DNA from: Candidatus Levybacteria bacterium RIFCSPHIGHO2_01_FULL_40_16
Lineage (GTDB): Bacteria > Patescibacteriota > Microgenomatia > Levybacterales > UBA12049
Length of the DNA: 47,792 nucleotides
NCBI GenBank assembly: GCA_001783805.1
Contig: MFNS01000007.1
Coordinates: forward strand, 155,975-203,766
Direction: 5' to 3'
The notes below the pieces were generated by a model. The model worked only from the letters and a program-made list of their open reading frames with translations. It had not been told where the DNA came from and did not search any database. This document shows positions 18,808 to 27,113 of the stretch, piece after piece (the stretch's first letter is position 1; the number at the start of each line of letters is the position of its first letter). A program made the position numbers and the translations under genes.

Positions 18808-18968
18808 ATAGTGTAGAGATTAATGATATTTCTTGGAATCGAATTGAGGAGTATATTTTCAAATGGTCTCCGATATTAAATGGTTCAGCTTTGGCCTCAG
18901 CCTAAGTAAAGTATAGCGGTATCACAAGAGAGTATTGGAACATTATGACTTGATAAGATAACTTCAAA

Positions 18969-19205
18969 TTATATTAATCTTTTATTTCTAAATGCAAAGC
19001 CTGAATTAGTTTTTAGATACTTTTCAAAATGCAAAGCTTTCAGTTTCGAAACAAAAGCTGAGTAGTGTACCAATTTAAGAGGTCTTAAATTTCTTGTTTG
19101 AGAAACTTCCCCCTTTTGATGAGTAGCTACACGTTGTTTCAAATCAGATGAGTAACCAATATATAAAGTTTTATCCCTTAATTGAAGAATATAAACATAA
19201 TACAT
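18969..19205 (-). CDS. Stand-alone GIY-YIG nuclease (78 aa)
   Basis: YVY-x9-YIG, SDLKQRVATHQ, FEKYLKTNSG; start taken at MYYVY, which has TGC-TACAAT 6 nt upstream. Confidence 0.92.
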   Translation of the reverse strand: MYYVYILQLRDKTLYIGYSSDLKQRVATHQKGEVSQTRNLRPLKLVHYSAFVSKLKALHFEKYLKTNSGFAFRNKRLI

Positions 19206-19230
19206 GAGGAAATTGTAGCAGAAATAAAAA

Positions 19231-19369
19231 TGTCCCACTTCGTCCCTCTTCGCTTGCGCTACAATGGGATTACGTTTGGGACACTCTTCTTTTCAGCCAT
19301 AATGTCTTACTAACGAAGTGTGGCTGTGCCACTTCGTAGCTCATAAGTTTACTTATGAGCGAAGAGTGG
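19231..19369. repeat. Doublet of CTTCG/CGTAG hairpins linking the tmRNA 3' end to the GIY-YIG gene
   Basis: tgtcccacttcg-tccc[tcttcgcttgcgctac]..ggga-ttacgtttgggaca (19231-19283) and ccacttcgta-gctcataagt-tt-acttatgagc-gaagagtgg (19329-19369). Confidence 0.8.
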
Positions 19370-19735
19370 AGATGTCGAGCTGTGAGCTCGAGTCCAAGAA
19401 ATTACTATAAAAACTTCTACAAGCTTAGTTGATTATTTTGTGTCGCGCTATTTTTTTCTAATCAACAAGAATTAATAGCGTCAAGGTTGATAAATACAAT
19501 AAGGATAGAAACCAACTGCCCTCACCATCTCTCAACTGTAGTTATGCTTATAAAGTCCCGTTGAGAAAAGACTTCATAAACAGTTCAGCTTGTCTTAAGC
19601 GTATAAATACGCTTGTCGAAAAGCGAACGCTGGCATTTTATTGCTAGCATTTAATTTTTGATCAGTTTTACGACGTTTGATCGTTGTCGGCTTGCTGTTT
19701 TTTAAAGTGCAATCTTGTCGATGCAATGCATCCCC
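19367..19735 (-). ncRNA. ssrA: tmRNA
   Basis: 5' GGGGATG pairs with 3' CATCTCC-A, with a G3.U70 pair; tag ORF ASNKMPAFAFRQAYLYA* (19648-19595); adjacent to smpB. Confidence 0.92.
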
Positions 19736-19787
19736 AAGACTGGTATTATACCTAAATTAATTTGTAAAGTCAAGGTCTAGCCTCAGC

Positions 19788-20234
19788 TTAGCCTTGTTTT
19801 GCCTCTTCCAATTCCTGCTCGACTTCGCGTTGAATATCTTTTTTCTTGATTGATTCTTTTTTGTCATATTGTTTTTTGCCTTTGCCCAAGGCAATTTCGA
19901 CTTTGATAAAACTTTTGGTGGTGTACATTGACAGAGGAACCAAAGTCAGATTTTGACCTTCGGTTTTGGATTTTAGAGCAATAATTTCACTTTTGTGAAG
20001 TAATAATTTTCTAGTGCGCTGTTCGTCATAATTTTCGGGTCTCGCATATTGATAGGGGAAGATCTTGGCATTGATCAAATACGCCTCAGAACCCATAATC
20101 CGCACGTGAGACCCAGTTAAATCCGCATGTCCCAAGCGCACAGCCTTGACCTCGGCCCCATAAAGATTTATTCCGGCCTCAAATTTTTCCAAAATTTGAT
20201 AATCAAAAAACGCCCGCTTATTCGCAATTTTCAT
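19788..20234 (-). CDS. smpB: SsrA-binding protein
   Basis: NKRAFFDY, EAGI.L.G.EVK, RTRKLLLH, GKKQYDKKE. Confidence 0.97.
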   Translation of the reverse strand: MKIANKRAFFDYQILEKFEAGINLYGAEVKAVRLGHADLTGSHVRIMGSEAYLINAKIFPYQYARPENYDEQRTRKLLLHKSEIIALKSKTEGQNLTLVPLSMYTTKSFIKVEIALGKGKKQYDKKESIKKKDIQREVEQELEEAKQG

Positions 20235-20479
20235 TTATATGCTCCTTGTCTGTGTAGAATAGAAACTACAAAAATAGTTTTTTGCTCCGGTTGAATAAGA
20301 TAAAGTATTCTATATGGCCAAGCCCGTAGCGAATAAACCCCTGCAAATCTTCCTTCTAGTTTTTTCCCAAGATGAGGATTTGTTTCGAGTAATTTTAACC
20401 TTTGCTGTACTTTAAACAATTCTTTTTTTGGAAGACGTTTGCAGTGGGAGAGTGCTTTTGGGGTAATAATGATATGCAT
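20231..20479 (-). CDS. RelE/ParE-family toxin
   Basis: GKKLEG, YSLR..YRILY, ILHRQGAYK; its stop overlaps the smpB start (ATGA). Confidence 0.88.
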   Translation of the reverse strand: MHIIITPKALSHCKRLPKKELFKVQQRLKLLETNPHLGKKLEGRFAGVYSLRAWPYRILYLIQPEQKTIFVVSILHRQGAYK

Positions 20480-20484
20480 ACTGC

Positions 20485-20739
20485 TTATTTTAATTCGGAA
20501 AGAGGGATGCCCAAGCCCTTTTTTGCCTCTCTAATCCCAGTCAGAATGTCTTTTTCAGCTCCCGGAATTGCCAATATTTCCGCTGTTTCTTCCAATGATT
20601 CCAGCTCTTCTGCGCTGATTAAAGTTGCTTTTGGCTGGCCTTTGACAGTGATCACCACCCGATCCAGATACTTGTTTACTTTCGAAACGAGATTTGGAAG
20701 ATGTTGTCTCACGTCGGATATTGACATCAAATTAGTCAT
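20485..20739 (-). CDS. Phd/YefM-family antitoxin
   Basis: SISDVRQHL, VVITVKGQPKATLISAEELESLEET; start taken at MTNL. Confidence 0.9.
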   Translation of the reverse strand: MTNLMSISDVRQHLPNLVSKVNKYLDRVVITVKGQPKATLISAEELESLEETAEILAIPGAEKDILTGIREAKKGLGIPLSELK

Positions 20740-20748
20740 ATTAAATGA

Positions 20749-20777
20749 AGTGTACAACAACATGTACACCTTGTCAA
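20749..20777 (-). promoter_or_regulatory. TA promoter with YefM-type operator
   Basis: Minus strand TTGACA-17-TACACT, overlapped by two TGTACA palindromes 12 bp apart (20751, 20763), the arrangement known for yefM-yoeB operators. Confidence 0.75.
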
Positions 20778-20875
20778 TGAGTAAAATGGGCATATATACC
20801 ATGACCTCATGGGCTAAGAAGAGTATGTAGGCAGCTCATGTAGAATTTTTTGTCATAACTTGATACCATCAACTC

Positions 20876-23410
20876 ATGGACGATATTATCTCCCTCAAAG
20901 ATGGCTACATATTAGATAGAGCTACAAATAAACCCGTTGATATTAGAAAACCCGAAGAAGAAGTAAGACAGGAATATGAAAAAACCCTGCGTGAGGATTA
21001 TGACTACGATTATGAACGAATGGATATAGAAGTCTCCATTCAACGAGGAGAAGTCCACAACAAAAAAAATCAGAAAGAAAGAGCTGACATTGTAATTTAT
21101 AAAACCTCTAATAAAGCACAAAGAGACCAAAATAAAGATATTTTAGGAATTGTAGAAACAAAAAAACCGACAAAAAAAGATGGGATAGAACAACTAATGA
21201 GCTACATGTCTGCTACTACTGCTCTTTGGGGAGTGTGGATAAATGGCGAGGAAATAGAATATGTCTATAGAGACATAAAAACAGGAGAACTGAAAGAGGA
21301 TTATATTCATCAAATACCAAGTAGCGGTGAAACTTTTGAAGACATAGAAAGAATAACAAAAGAAGATTTAAAACCTGTTCAAAATCTGAAACCTATTTTT
21401 AGAAGAATGTATTACACTCTTTATTCAAATACCAACATAGCAAGAAAAGAAAAATTAGGAAGCGAAATGACAAGATTGATTTTTTGTAAAATTTATGATG
21501 AGAAATATGATTTAGATAAACCACCAAAATTTAAAATAGGCTTTAATGATAGCCCCGAAGATGTCAAAAAGAATGTAGAAGAATTATGGGAGAAAGTTAA
21601 AAAATACCTTGTTGAAGATGGTATTTTTGAACAGCACGAAAAAATAGTCTTAGACCCTAAATCAATTGTTTATATTGTTAGAGAATTAGAAAAATATAGC
21701 TTGACGAAAACTGACAAAGATGTTATCGGAGACGCTTTTGAAGTTTTTGCAGAAAGACAATTTGTGGGTGATAAAGGGGAGTTTTTCACACCACGCCAAG
21801 TTGTAAAGATGGCAGTAGATATTATCAATCCTCAACCGGAAGAAAGATTATTAGACCCTGCCTGTGGAAGCGGAGGATTTTTAATTTATGCCCTAGAACA
21901 TGTATGGGGCATTATGAACAATAGCCCAAAATATAAAGGAAGTAATCTTGAGGATGAAAAGAAAGAATTTGCCCGCAAATACTTTTATGGTATTGATAAA
22001 GAAATTGATTTAGTAAAAATTTGCAAAGCGTATATGTCTATTATTGGAGATGGAAGAAGCAGTATTGTCAAAGCCGATAGCCTCAAAAGTCCCGACGAAT
22101 GGGAAAACGCTGCGAGAACTATTTTAACCGAAGACGGCAAAGACCAAATGAAGAAATTTGATGTTATCTTAACAAATCCTCCCTTTGGCAGTAAAATAAA
22201 AGTCCATCACGAATATATATTAAAAAATTATGACTTAGGACATAAATGGATATTTAAAGATGAGAAATGGATAATGACAAATGAAACAAAAGAGACAGAA
22301 CCACAAATACTTTTTATTGAATTATGTCTTAATTTATTAAAAGATGGAGGAAGAATGGCGATAGTTCTCCCTGATGGTATTTTTGGAAATCCTACTGATG
22401 GTTATATACGAGAATGGATAAAAGATAAAGCAGAAATTTTGGCAATTATTGATTGCCCGCATAATACATTTATGCCTCATACTCACACAAAAACCTCCCT
22501 ACTTGTTCTTAAAAAATGGGATAAAACAAAGCAAAAAAATTACCCAATAATGATGAGTGTTGTGAATAAATGTGGACATGATACAAGAGGGAATGAAGTT
22601 TATACAAAAAATGAAAATGATAAGGAGATTTTAGATGAAGAGTTTTCCAAAGTTTCCGAGATTTATAAAACATATCAGAATAGAGTTATAAAGGGATTTG
22701 ATAGATTAGGCTTTACTCTTTACGAAGGTGGTTTAATAAATGGTATCTTAATACCAAGATATTATGACCCTGACACAATAAAAGATATTCAGAAATTAGA
22801 AGATACGGGGCGGTATGAAATGAAGTCAATTCAAGACCTTGTTGATGAAAAAGTCTTAGAAATTAAAGGAGCCGGTGGAACTGCACCAAGTAAAGACTAC
22901 AATATCTATGATGAAATCCCATTTTTGAGAACATCCGATATAGGGGCTTGGGAAACCAGAAATTATGCTGTGCAGAATGTGAATGAACTCACTTATCTTA
23001 AATATAAAGACAAGCAGAGTTTAAAAGAGGGAGACATGTTGTTTATAAAGGATGGAACATATAGAATTGGAGAAACTTTAATTCTTACTAAATATGATTT
23101 AAAAATGCTTGTTCAAAGTCATTTTCTAAAAATAAGGTCGCTTGATAAAGATGGTATGGACCCGTATTTGCTTCTATATTTGCTCCATGTTCCTGTAGTT
23201 AGAAAACAGATAGATGAAAAAACTTTTGTCCAAGCAACTTTATCTACAATTGGTGATAGATTAAACGAAATCATAATTCCAATTCCAAAAGACAAAGGAA
23301 TAAGAGAAAAAATAGGAATTGCTATGAGAGAAAAATTAGAAGCAAGAGCTAGGTTAAGAGCAGAAATAAGAGAAGTTTTTAATAAAGGCATAGAAGATGA
23401 AAATTCATAA
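20876..23410 (+). CDS. Fused restriction endonuclease / N6-adenine methyltransferase / TRD (type IIG-like or type I-derived)
   Basis: N-terminal KPEEEVRQ..RADIVIY..IVETKK nuclease motif; GEFFTP, LLDPACGSGGFL, NPPF; C-terminal HsdS-like TRD. Confidence 0.9.
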   Translation: MDDIISLKDGYILDRATNKPVDIRKPEEEVRQEYEKTLREDYDYDYERMDIEVSIQRGEVHNKKNQKERADIVIYKTSNKAQRDQNKDILGIVETKKPTKKDGIEQLMSYMSATTALWGVWINGEEIEYVYRDIKTGELKEDYIHQIPSSGETFEDIERITKEDLKPVQNLKPIFRRMYYTLYSNTNIARKEKLGSEMTRLIFCKIYDEKYDLDKPPKFKIGFNDSPEDVKKNVEELWEKVKKYLVEDGIFEQHEKIVLDPKSIVYIVRELEKYSLTKTDKDVIGDAFEVFAERQFVGDKGEFFTPRQVVKMAVDIINPQPEERLLDPACGSGGFLIYALEHVWGIMNNSPKYKGSNLEDEKKEFARKYFYGIDKEIDLVKICKAYMSIIGDGRSSIVKADSLKSPDEWENAARTILTEDGKDQMKKFDVILTNPPFGSKIKVHHEYILKNYDLGHKWIFKDEKWIMTNETKETEPQILFIELCLNLLKDGGRMAIVLPDGIFGNPTDGYIREWIKDKAEILAIIDCPHNTFMPHTHTKTSLLVLKKWDKTKQKNYPIMMSVVNKCGHDTRGNEVYTKNENDKEILDEEFSKVSEIYKTYQNRVIKGFDRLGFTLYEGGLINGILIPRYYDPDTIKDIQKLEDTGRYEMKSIQDLVDEKVLEIKGAGGTAPSKDYNIYDEIPFLRTSDIGAWETRNYAVQNVNELTYLKYKDKQSLKEGDMLFIKDGTYRIGETLILTKYDLKMLVQSHFLKIRSLDKDGMDPYLLLYLLHVPVVRKQIDEKTFVQATLSTIGDRLNEIIIPIPKDKGIREKIGIAMREKLEARARLRAEIREVFNKGIEDENS

Positions 23411-23561
23411 AAAATTAACATTAAAAGAACTTCAAAAAAGACATGCTAAAAATCCTCAAGATAAAAAGTTGCATGATTTCTTAAAAAAAGGCGGTAGGGA
23501 CAATGCTGAAGAGGATTTTAATACTGTATTGGAGAAAGCTGGGAAGACTTCAAAATCTTAA
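23397..23561 (+). CDS. Small 54-aa ORF inside the IS, overlapping the RM gene end and the transposase 3' end
   Basis: Hand translation MKIHKKLTLKELQKRHAKNPQDKKLHDFLKKGGRDNAEEDFNTVLEKAGKTSKS*; below the ORF-track cutoff. Confidence 0.45.
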   Translation: MKIHKKLTLKELQKRHAKNPQDKKLHDFLKKGGRDNAEEDFNTVLEKAGKTSKS

Positions 23562-24429
23562 CCTCCGCAACTTGCTTTAACAAGCTATCAAATATATTTA
23601 TGTCGTTTCTATGATTGTATCTCCATGAGAACTCATCCGAGTAAGATTGTAGGTATTCTTTGGAGACATGCCTATAAACTCCAGTAATTCCTCTTTTTAA
23701 TTGCGACCAAACACCTTCTATATTTTGAGTATGGATTTCTCCTCTTGTATATTCAGAAGCACTATGATTAACCGAAAAATGGTGATAACCATATTTAGAT
23801 AATTGAGTATATCCTGCATAATTATCAGTCATGATACTTGCGTTTTTATCAACATTCTTCTGAATTTCCTCAAGTAAGGTATATTTTCCTGTATTTGGAA
23901 TATGTTTTGTATGAAGTTTTCCACCTCTTTCAACCATACCCATAATTACTTCTTTTGGTATTTCGCTAAAGTTTGGCTTAAAAGCTCTATTTTTACCTTT
24001 TCCTCCCACAAAAGTTTCGTCTATTTCAACATTTCCGCTTAATAAGTCTCCCTTTGTTTCTGTCATTAAAAGTCTTATTTTCTTAAACATTCTGTGAGCT
24101 GTTTTATATGTGACGCCAAGCTCTCTTTGAAGTTGCTTTGCAGATATGCCTGAACGGGTCTGTGTCATTATGTAGATTGCGTAAAACCAGTATTGAAGTG
24201 GAGTAGTTGTTTTCTCAAAGATAGTTCCCGCTAGAGGAGAGACTTGATGGCTTCCCCCAAATTCACATTCAAAAACGGGACGACCTTTTATTTTATAGAA
24301 TTTAGTGATTTTTTCACATTGTTTACAGAATATTCCATTTGACCAACGGAGGTCTTTAATCTTTTCTAAGCATTTGTCATTATCGGAGTATTTTTTAAGG
24401 AATACTCCAAGGCTAAACTTTTCTATCAT
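23518..24429 (-). CDS. IS1595-family transposase
   Basis: Zn ribbon (CKQC..C..H), GISAKQLQRELGVTYKTA HTH, VEIDET, IMTD, VNHS, TQNIEGVW, DEFSWRYN. Confidence 0.95.
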   Translation of the reverse strand: MIEKFSLGVFLKKYSDNDKCLEKIKDLRWSNGIFCKQCEKITKFYKIKGRPVFECEFGGSHQVSPLAGTIFEKTTTPLQYWFYAIYIMTQTRSGISAKQLQRELGVTYKTAHRMFKKIRLLMTETKGDLLSGNVEIDETFVGGKGKNRAFKPNFSEIPKEVIMGMVERGGKLHTKHIPNTGKYTLLEEIQKNVDKNASIMTDNYAGYTQLSKYGYHHFSVNHSASEYTRGEIHTQNIEGVWSQLKRGITGVYRHVSKEYLQSYSDEFSWRYNHRNDINIFDSLLKQVAEVKILKSSQLSPIQY

Positions 24430-24530
24430 AGCCTCATTATAGCAGGTTATTTACATGATGTCAAGGGATAAGTACCGTAAAATGGGGTAAATTTTGCTAA
24501 AAACGACTATAAGCTGTATAATATCACGAT

Positions 24531-24884
24531 ATGAAATCTATAGAGGTTAAAAGCGAAGGGCAATTAGCTATACAATCAGAACAGCAATTTAAAAAAAGTG
24601 GATTATTGGAGATGATTCTTAATCAGGGCAGACTTGGAAAAGTCCGTGATGGCTTGATTTTCGCGGGTTCAGGAAGAATCGTGGTAAGACCGGCCAGAAA
24701 CAGCGATAAATCCAAAAAGGTAGTAGACATAAAGACTACTCCGGAGGGAACTATAATAATTAGGGGCGGACTATTTGGTTCTACAACTCTTTCTAATCCT
24801 CAATGGGAGGGCGGAAAGGGTTGGGACACGCTGGAAGAAGCTTTAAAGAAAGCATGCAAACACCCCCGCTCGGTAAAAAAATAA
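24531..24884 (+). CDS. Hypothetical protein
   Basis: 117-aa ORF with TATAAT upstream; no family recognised. Confidence 0.55.
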
Positions 24885-24889
24885 TCCTT

Positions 24890-26245
24890 TTATTTTCCAA
24901 TAATTATAACTGCGGAGGGGGAGGAGTCTGGAGATAGATCGGAAGAGGTTGAGGTAATGGTGTAATCTTTGGCGAGATCCTTTTTGAGCAGATCCAGAAA
25001 TTTAGAATTTTCTTTTTTCACTTTGATCGTTACTCCAACATAATTAAAATTATCTGCGTTGCCGGTGGAAACGACATCGTAGCCAAACCCTTTGAGAATA
25101 TTTGCGCCTCTGGCCGCGATACCTTCTTTGCCGCTGCCGTTACGCACCGCAATTGATAGCGTGCTTCTGTCCAGGCCGGATTTGTCAATCGGTGAAACCA
25201 GAGCCAGACCATCGTCCACTTTTTTCAGCAAATCTTGAGTCTGGGCTAATTCCTTGGACTTGACGGGGAATTTAACTTGATTATCCTGAAGGATTTTTTG
25301 TGCAGACAGAAAAGAGTCCCGCGCCAAATTTTTATTCAGATCCACCAGACTTTGCCCTTCATCATATTTTTTTAAGGCTTGAGGGTAAATTTGGGCAAAA
25401 AGAGCTTGAATTTTAGCCTTGTTTTGATTTTGAATTGCCAGAAAAATACTGACTGTCAAAACCACAACTATGACAATTGCGGTTAGTAAAAATATTTTTC
25501 TTGTCAGCGGAATCCTAAGGTTTGGTTTTCTGAATGCTGATTTTAAAAAAGATAAATATTTGTTAAATAATGAGGGTTCCTGAACTTGTACTTCCTGCTT
25601 TATTTCTTCATTTTCTTCAATGCCCTCATCAATTAGTTCTTCCGCTTGAGGGGTCTGAAATTTAATAAAAATTGCAGAAATTTTCCCATTTTCCGCTTTG
25701 TGTATTTTTGGAGCCAAGGCCTCCGAGATTTGAGCTGGATCAGGGTTATTCAGATTGGAGTCAAGCTCATCCTGCGTGACAACTTGTGAAAATGCCTCGG
25801 TTGCCAAAACTATTAAATCTTGCTCCTTGAGAAATCCGGACGAAGCCGCAGCCTTTTCTGCTGTTGCATTTTGTGAGTCAAGCGCCAGCCCAAGAGACCC
25901 GCCCCTTTTGATAAAAACTTTGGCGTTTCCCAAGCCAAACAAGTACAAAATGTTATTCACAAAGGCTCCGGCAGCAAAAGAAATGGCCACTCCTTCTATT
26001 TGATTTTCAAAAGTTGAGGAAACGGCTTTTTTAATTGATTCCAAATTTTTCTCCTCAATTGTAAAAAATTCCTGTTCCAGGCGCTCCAGTAAATTCTTAC
26101 CCGAGATGTTTAAGGATTCCGTTTCGAGATCTTTCGTTTTCTCCAAAGATAAAACAGCAAAAAGCTTGCCGGCATTATAGGCCTGAGACCAGGAATTAAG
26201 GGTCGGGGTTGCGGATATCTTTGAGAAGGAGATATTATTATCCAT
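24890..26245 (-). CDS. Membrane protein with degenerate PP2C-like N-terminus, TM and C-terminal LytR_C domain
   Basis: GNAKVFIKRGG..ASSGFLKEQDLIVLAT, one TM, VRNGSGKEGIAA..TGNADNF. Confidence 0.7.
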   Translation of the reverse strand: MDNNISFSKISATPTLNSWSQAYNAGKLFAVLSLEKTKDLETESLNISGKNLLERLEQEFFTIEEKNLESIKKAVSSTFENQIEGVAISFAAGAFVNNILYLFGLGNAKVFIKRGGSLGLALDSQNATAEKAAASSGFLKEQDLIVLATEAFSQVVTQDELDSNLNNPDPAQISEALAPKIHKAENGKISAIFIKFQTPQAEELIDEGIEENEEIKQEVQVQEPSLFNKYLSFLKSAFRKPNLRIPLTRKIFLLTAIVIVVVLTVSIFLAIQNQNKAKIQALFAQIYPQALKKYDEGQSLVDLNKNLARDSFLSAQKILQDNQVKFPVKSKELAQTQDLLKKVDDGLALVSPIDKSGLDRSTLSIAVRNGSGKEGIAARGANILKGFGYDVVSTGNADNFNYVGVTIKVKKENSKFLDLLKKDLAKDYTITSTSSDLSPDSSPSAVIIIGK

Positions 26246-26248
26246 TTT

Positions 26249-26476
26249 CTAAAGTATAACAATTGCTACTAAAAAAAGCGAAACAGCCAGAAAAATATTA
26301 ATTATGGAAATTGCCTTTAATACCGGTTCGGCATGGGGGAGACGCAGGATTTGAGTCATAACCTTTATTTGGGTAAAAACAACAAATGTAAAGATTGCAT
26401 AAAATCCGATTACAATAAGAGTAACGATTTTGACCCAGAAAACCGGCTGAAAAAAATTAATAAAATCTAAATTCAT
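26249..26476 (-). CDS. Small two-TM CPR membrane protein (DUF5657-like)
   Basis: YAIFTFVVFTQIKVM pattern, 2 TM. Confidence 0.6.
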   Translation of the reverse strand: MNLDFINFFQPVFWVKIVTLIVIGFYAIFTFVVFTQIKVMTQILRLPHAEPVLKAISIINIFLAVSLFLVAIVIL

Positions 26477-27111
26477 TTTGATTTTTTCTCCGTTAAGTCC
26501 CCAATAATATGCGTTGCTTCTCTGGGTTTTGGAACGGAAAAAGCTTCGAAATTTCTTTCGTTTCCTGCTGTTTGAACAAAGAGATTGCCATAATGGAAAA
26601 AAGTTGGAATAAACCCCGACTGTGTGTAATTAACATCTTCAATATGAGAAAGGTCTGTAACGGCAATGTTGTGTACTACAACATCTGAATAATCTATGTC
26701 AACAACGCGTTCCGAAGTAACTATAAATACATTGTAAAACCAATGCAGAAAGTTTACGAATACAAAAGAGAAGACCAGAAGGTAATAAAACAATACGAAA
26801 ACGGCAGTGAAGCGATTCGCAGCGGGAGTAGAAAGAAAATCCAATCCAAAGTTTGAAAGGAAAGTCAAAATTATTACCGGTAATACGATAAGTACGAAAG
26901 ATATTGTAATCCAGGATAAATTTGTTAGGATGTGAGACCGCAGGAATAAAATTATTGATTCTTCGTCTTTTTGTGTCTGAAATGAAACGCCTTTTGGATT
27001 TGGGCAAAAGGAGGACAAAACATTCATGTGGGACTCATCGATTTTTCTGCCAGCCGGAGGATTGATTTTTTTCTTTTCGTCTTGTTTAGATGCTACAAAA
27101 ATATCCTTCAT
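26473..27111 (-). CDS. Bacterial PH-domain membrane protein
   Basis: 2 TM, then WFYNVFIVTSERVVDID..IEDV..FHYGNLFVQTAG. Confidence 0.8.
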   Translation of the reverse strand: MKDIFVASKQDEKKKINPPAGRKIDESHMNVLSSFCPNPKGVSFQTQKDEESIILFLRSHILTNLSWITISFVLIVLPVIILTFLSNFGLDFLSTPAANRFTAVFVLFYYLLVFSFVFVNFLHWFYNVFIVTSERVVDIDYSDVVVHNIAVTDLSHIEDVNYTQSGFIPTFFHYGNLFVQTAGNERNFEAFSVPKPREATHIIGDLTEKKSK

Positions 27112-27113
27112 TT

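Larger units (their letters stand above)
20789..24476 (-). mobile_element. IS1595-family transporter IS carrying a restriction-modification passenger gene
   Basis: Imperfect 23-bp terminal IRs (17/23 match; 20789-20811 and 24454-24476); 8-bp direct repeat gtaaaatg at 20781-88 and 24477-84. Confidence 0.88.

Noticed and set aside
18519-18905. 128-aa plus-strand ORF
   Set aside because: It is mostly antisense to the TIM-barrel gene and crosses a terminator; only its tail is noted as a possible scar.
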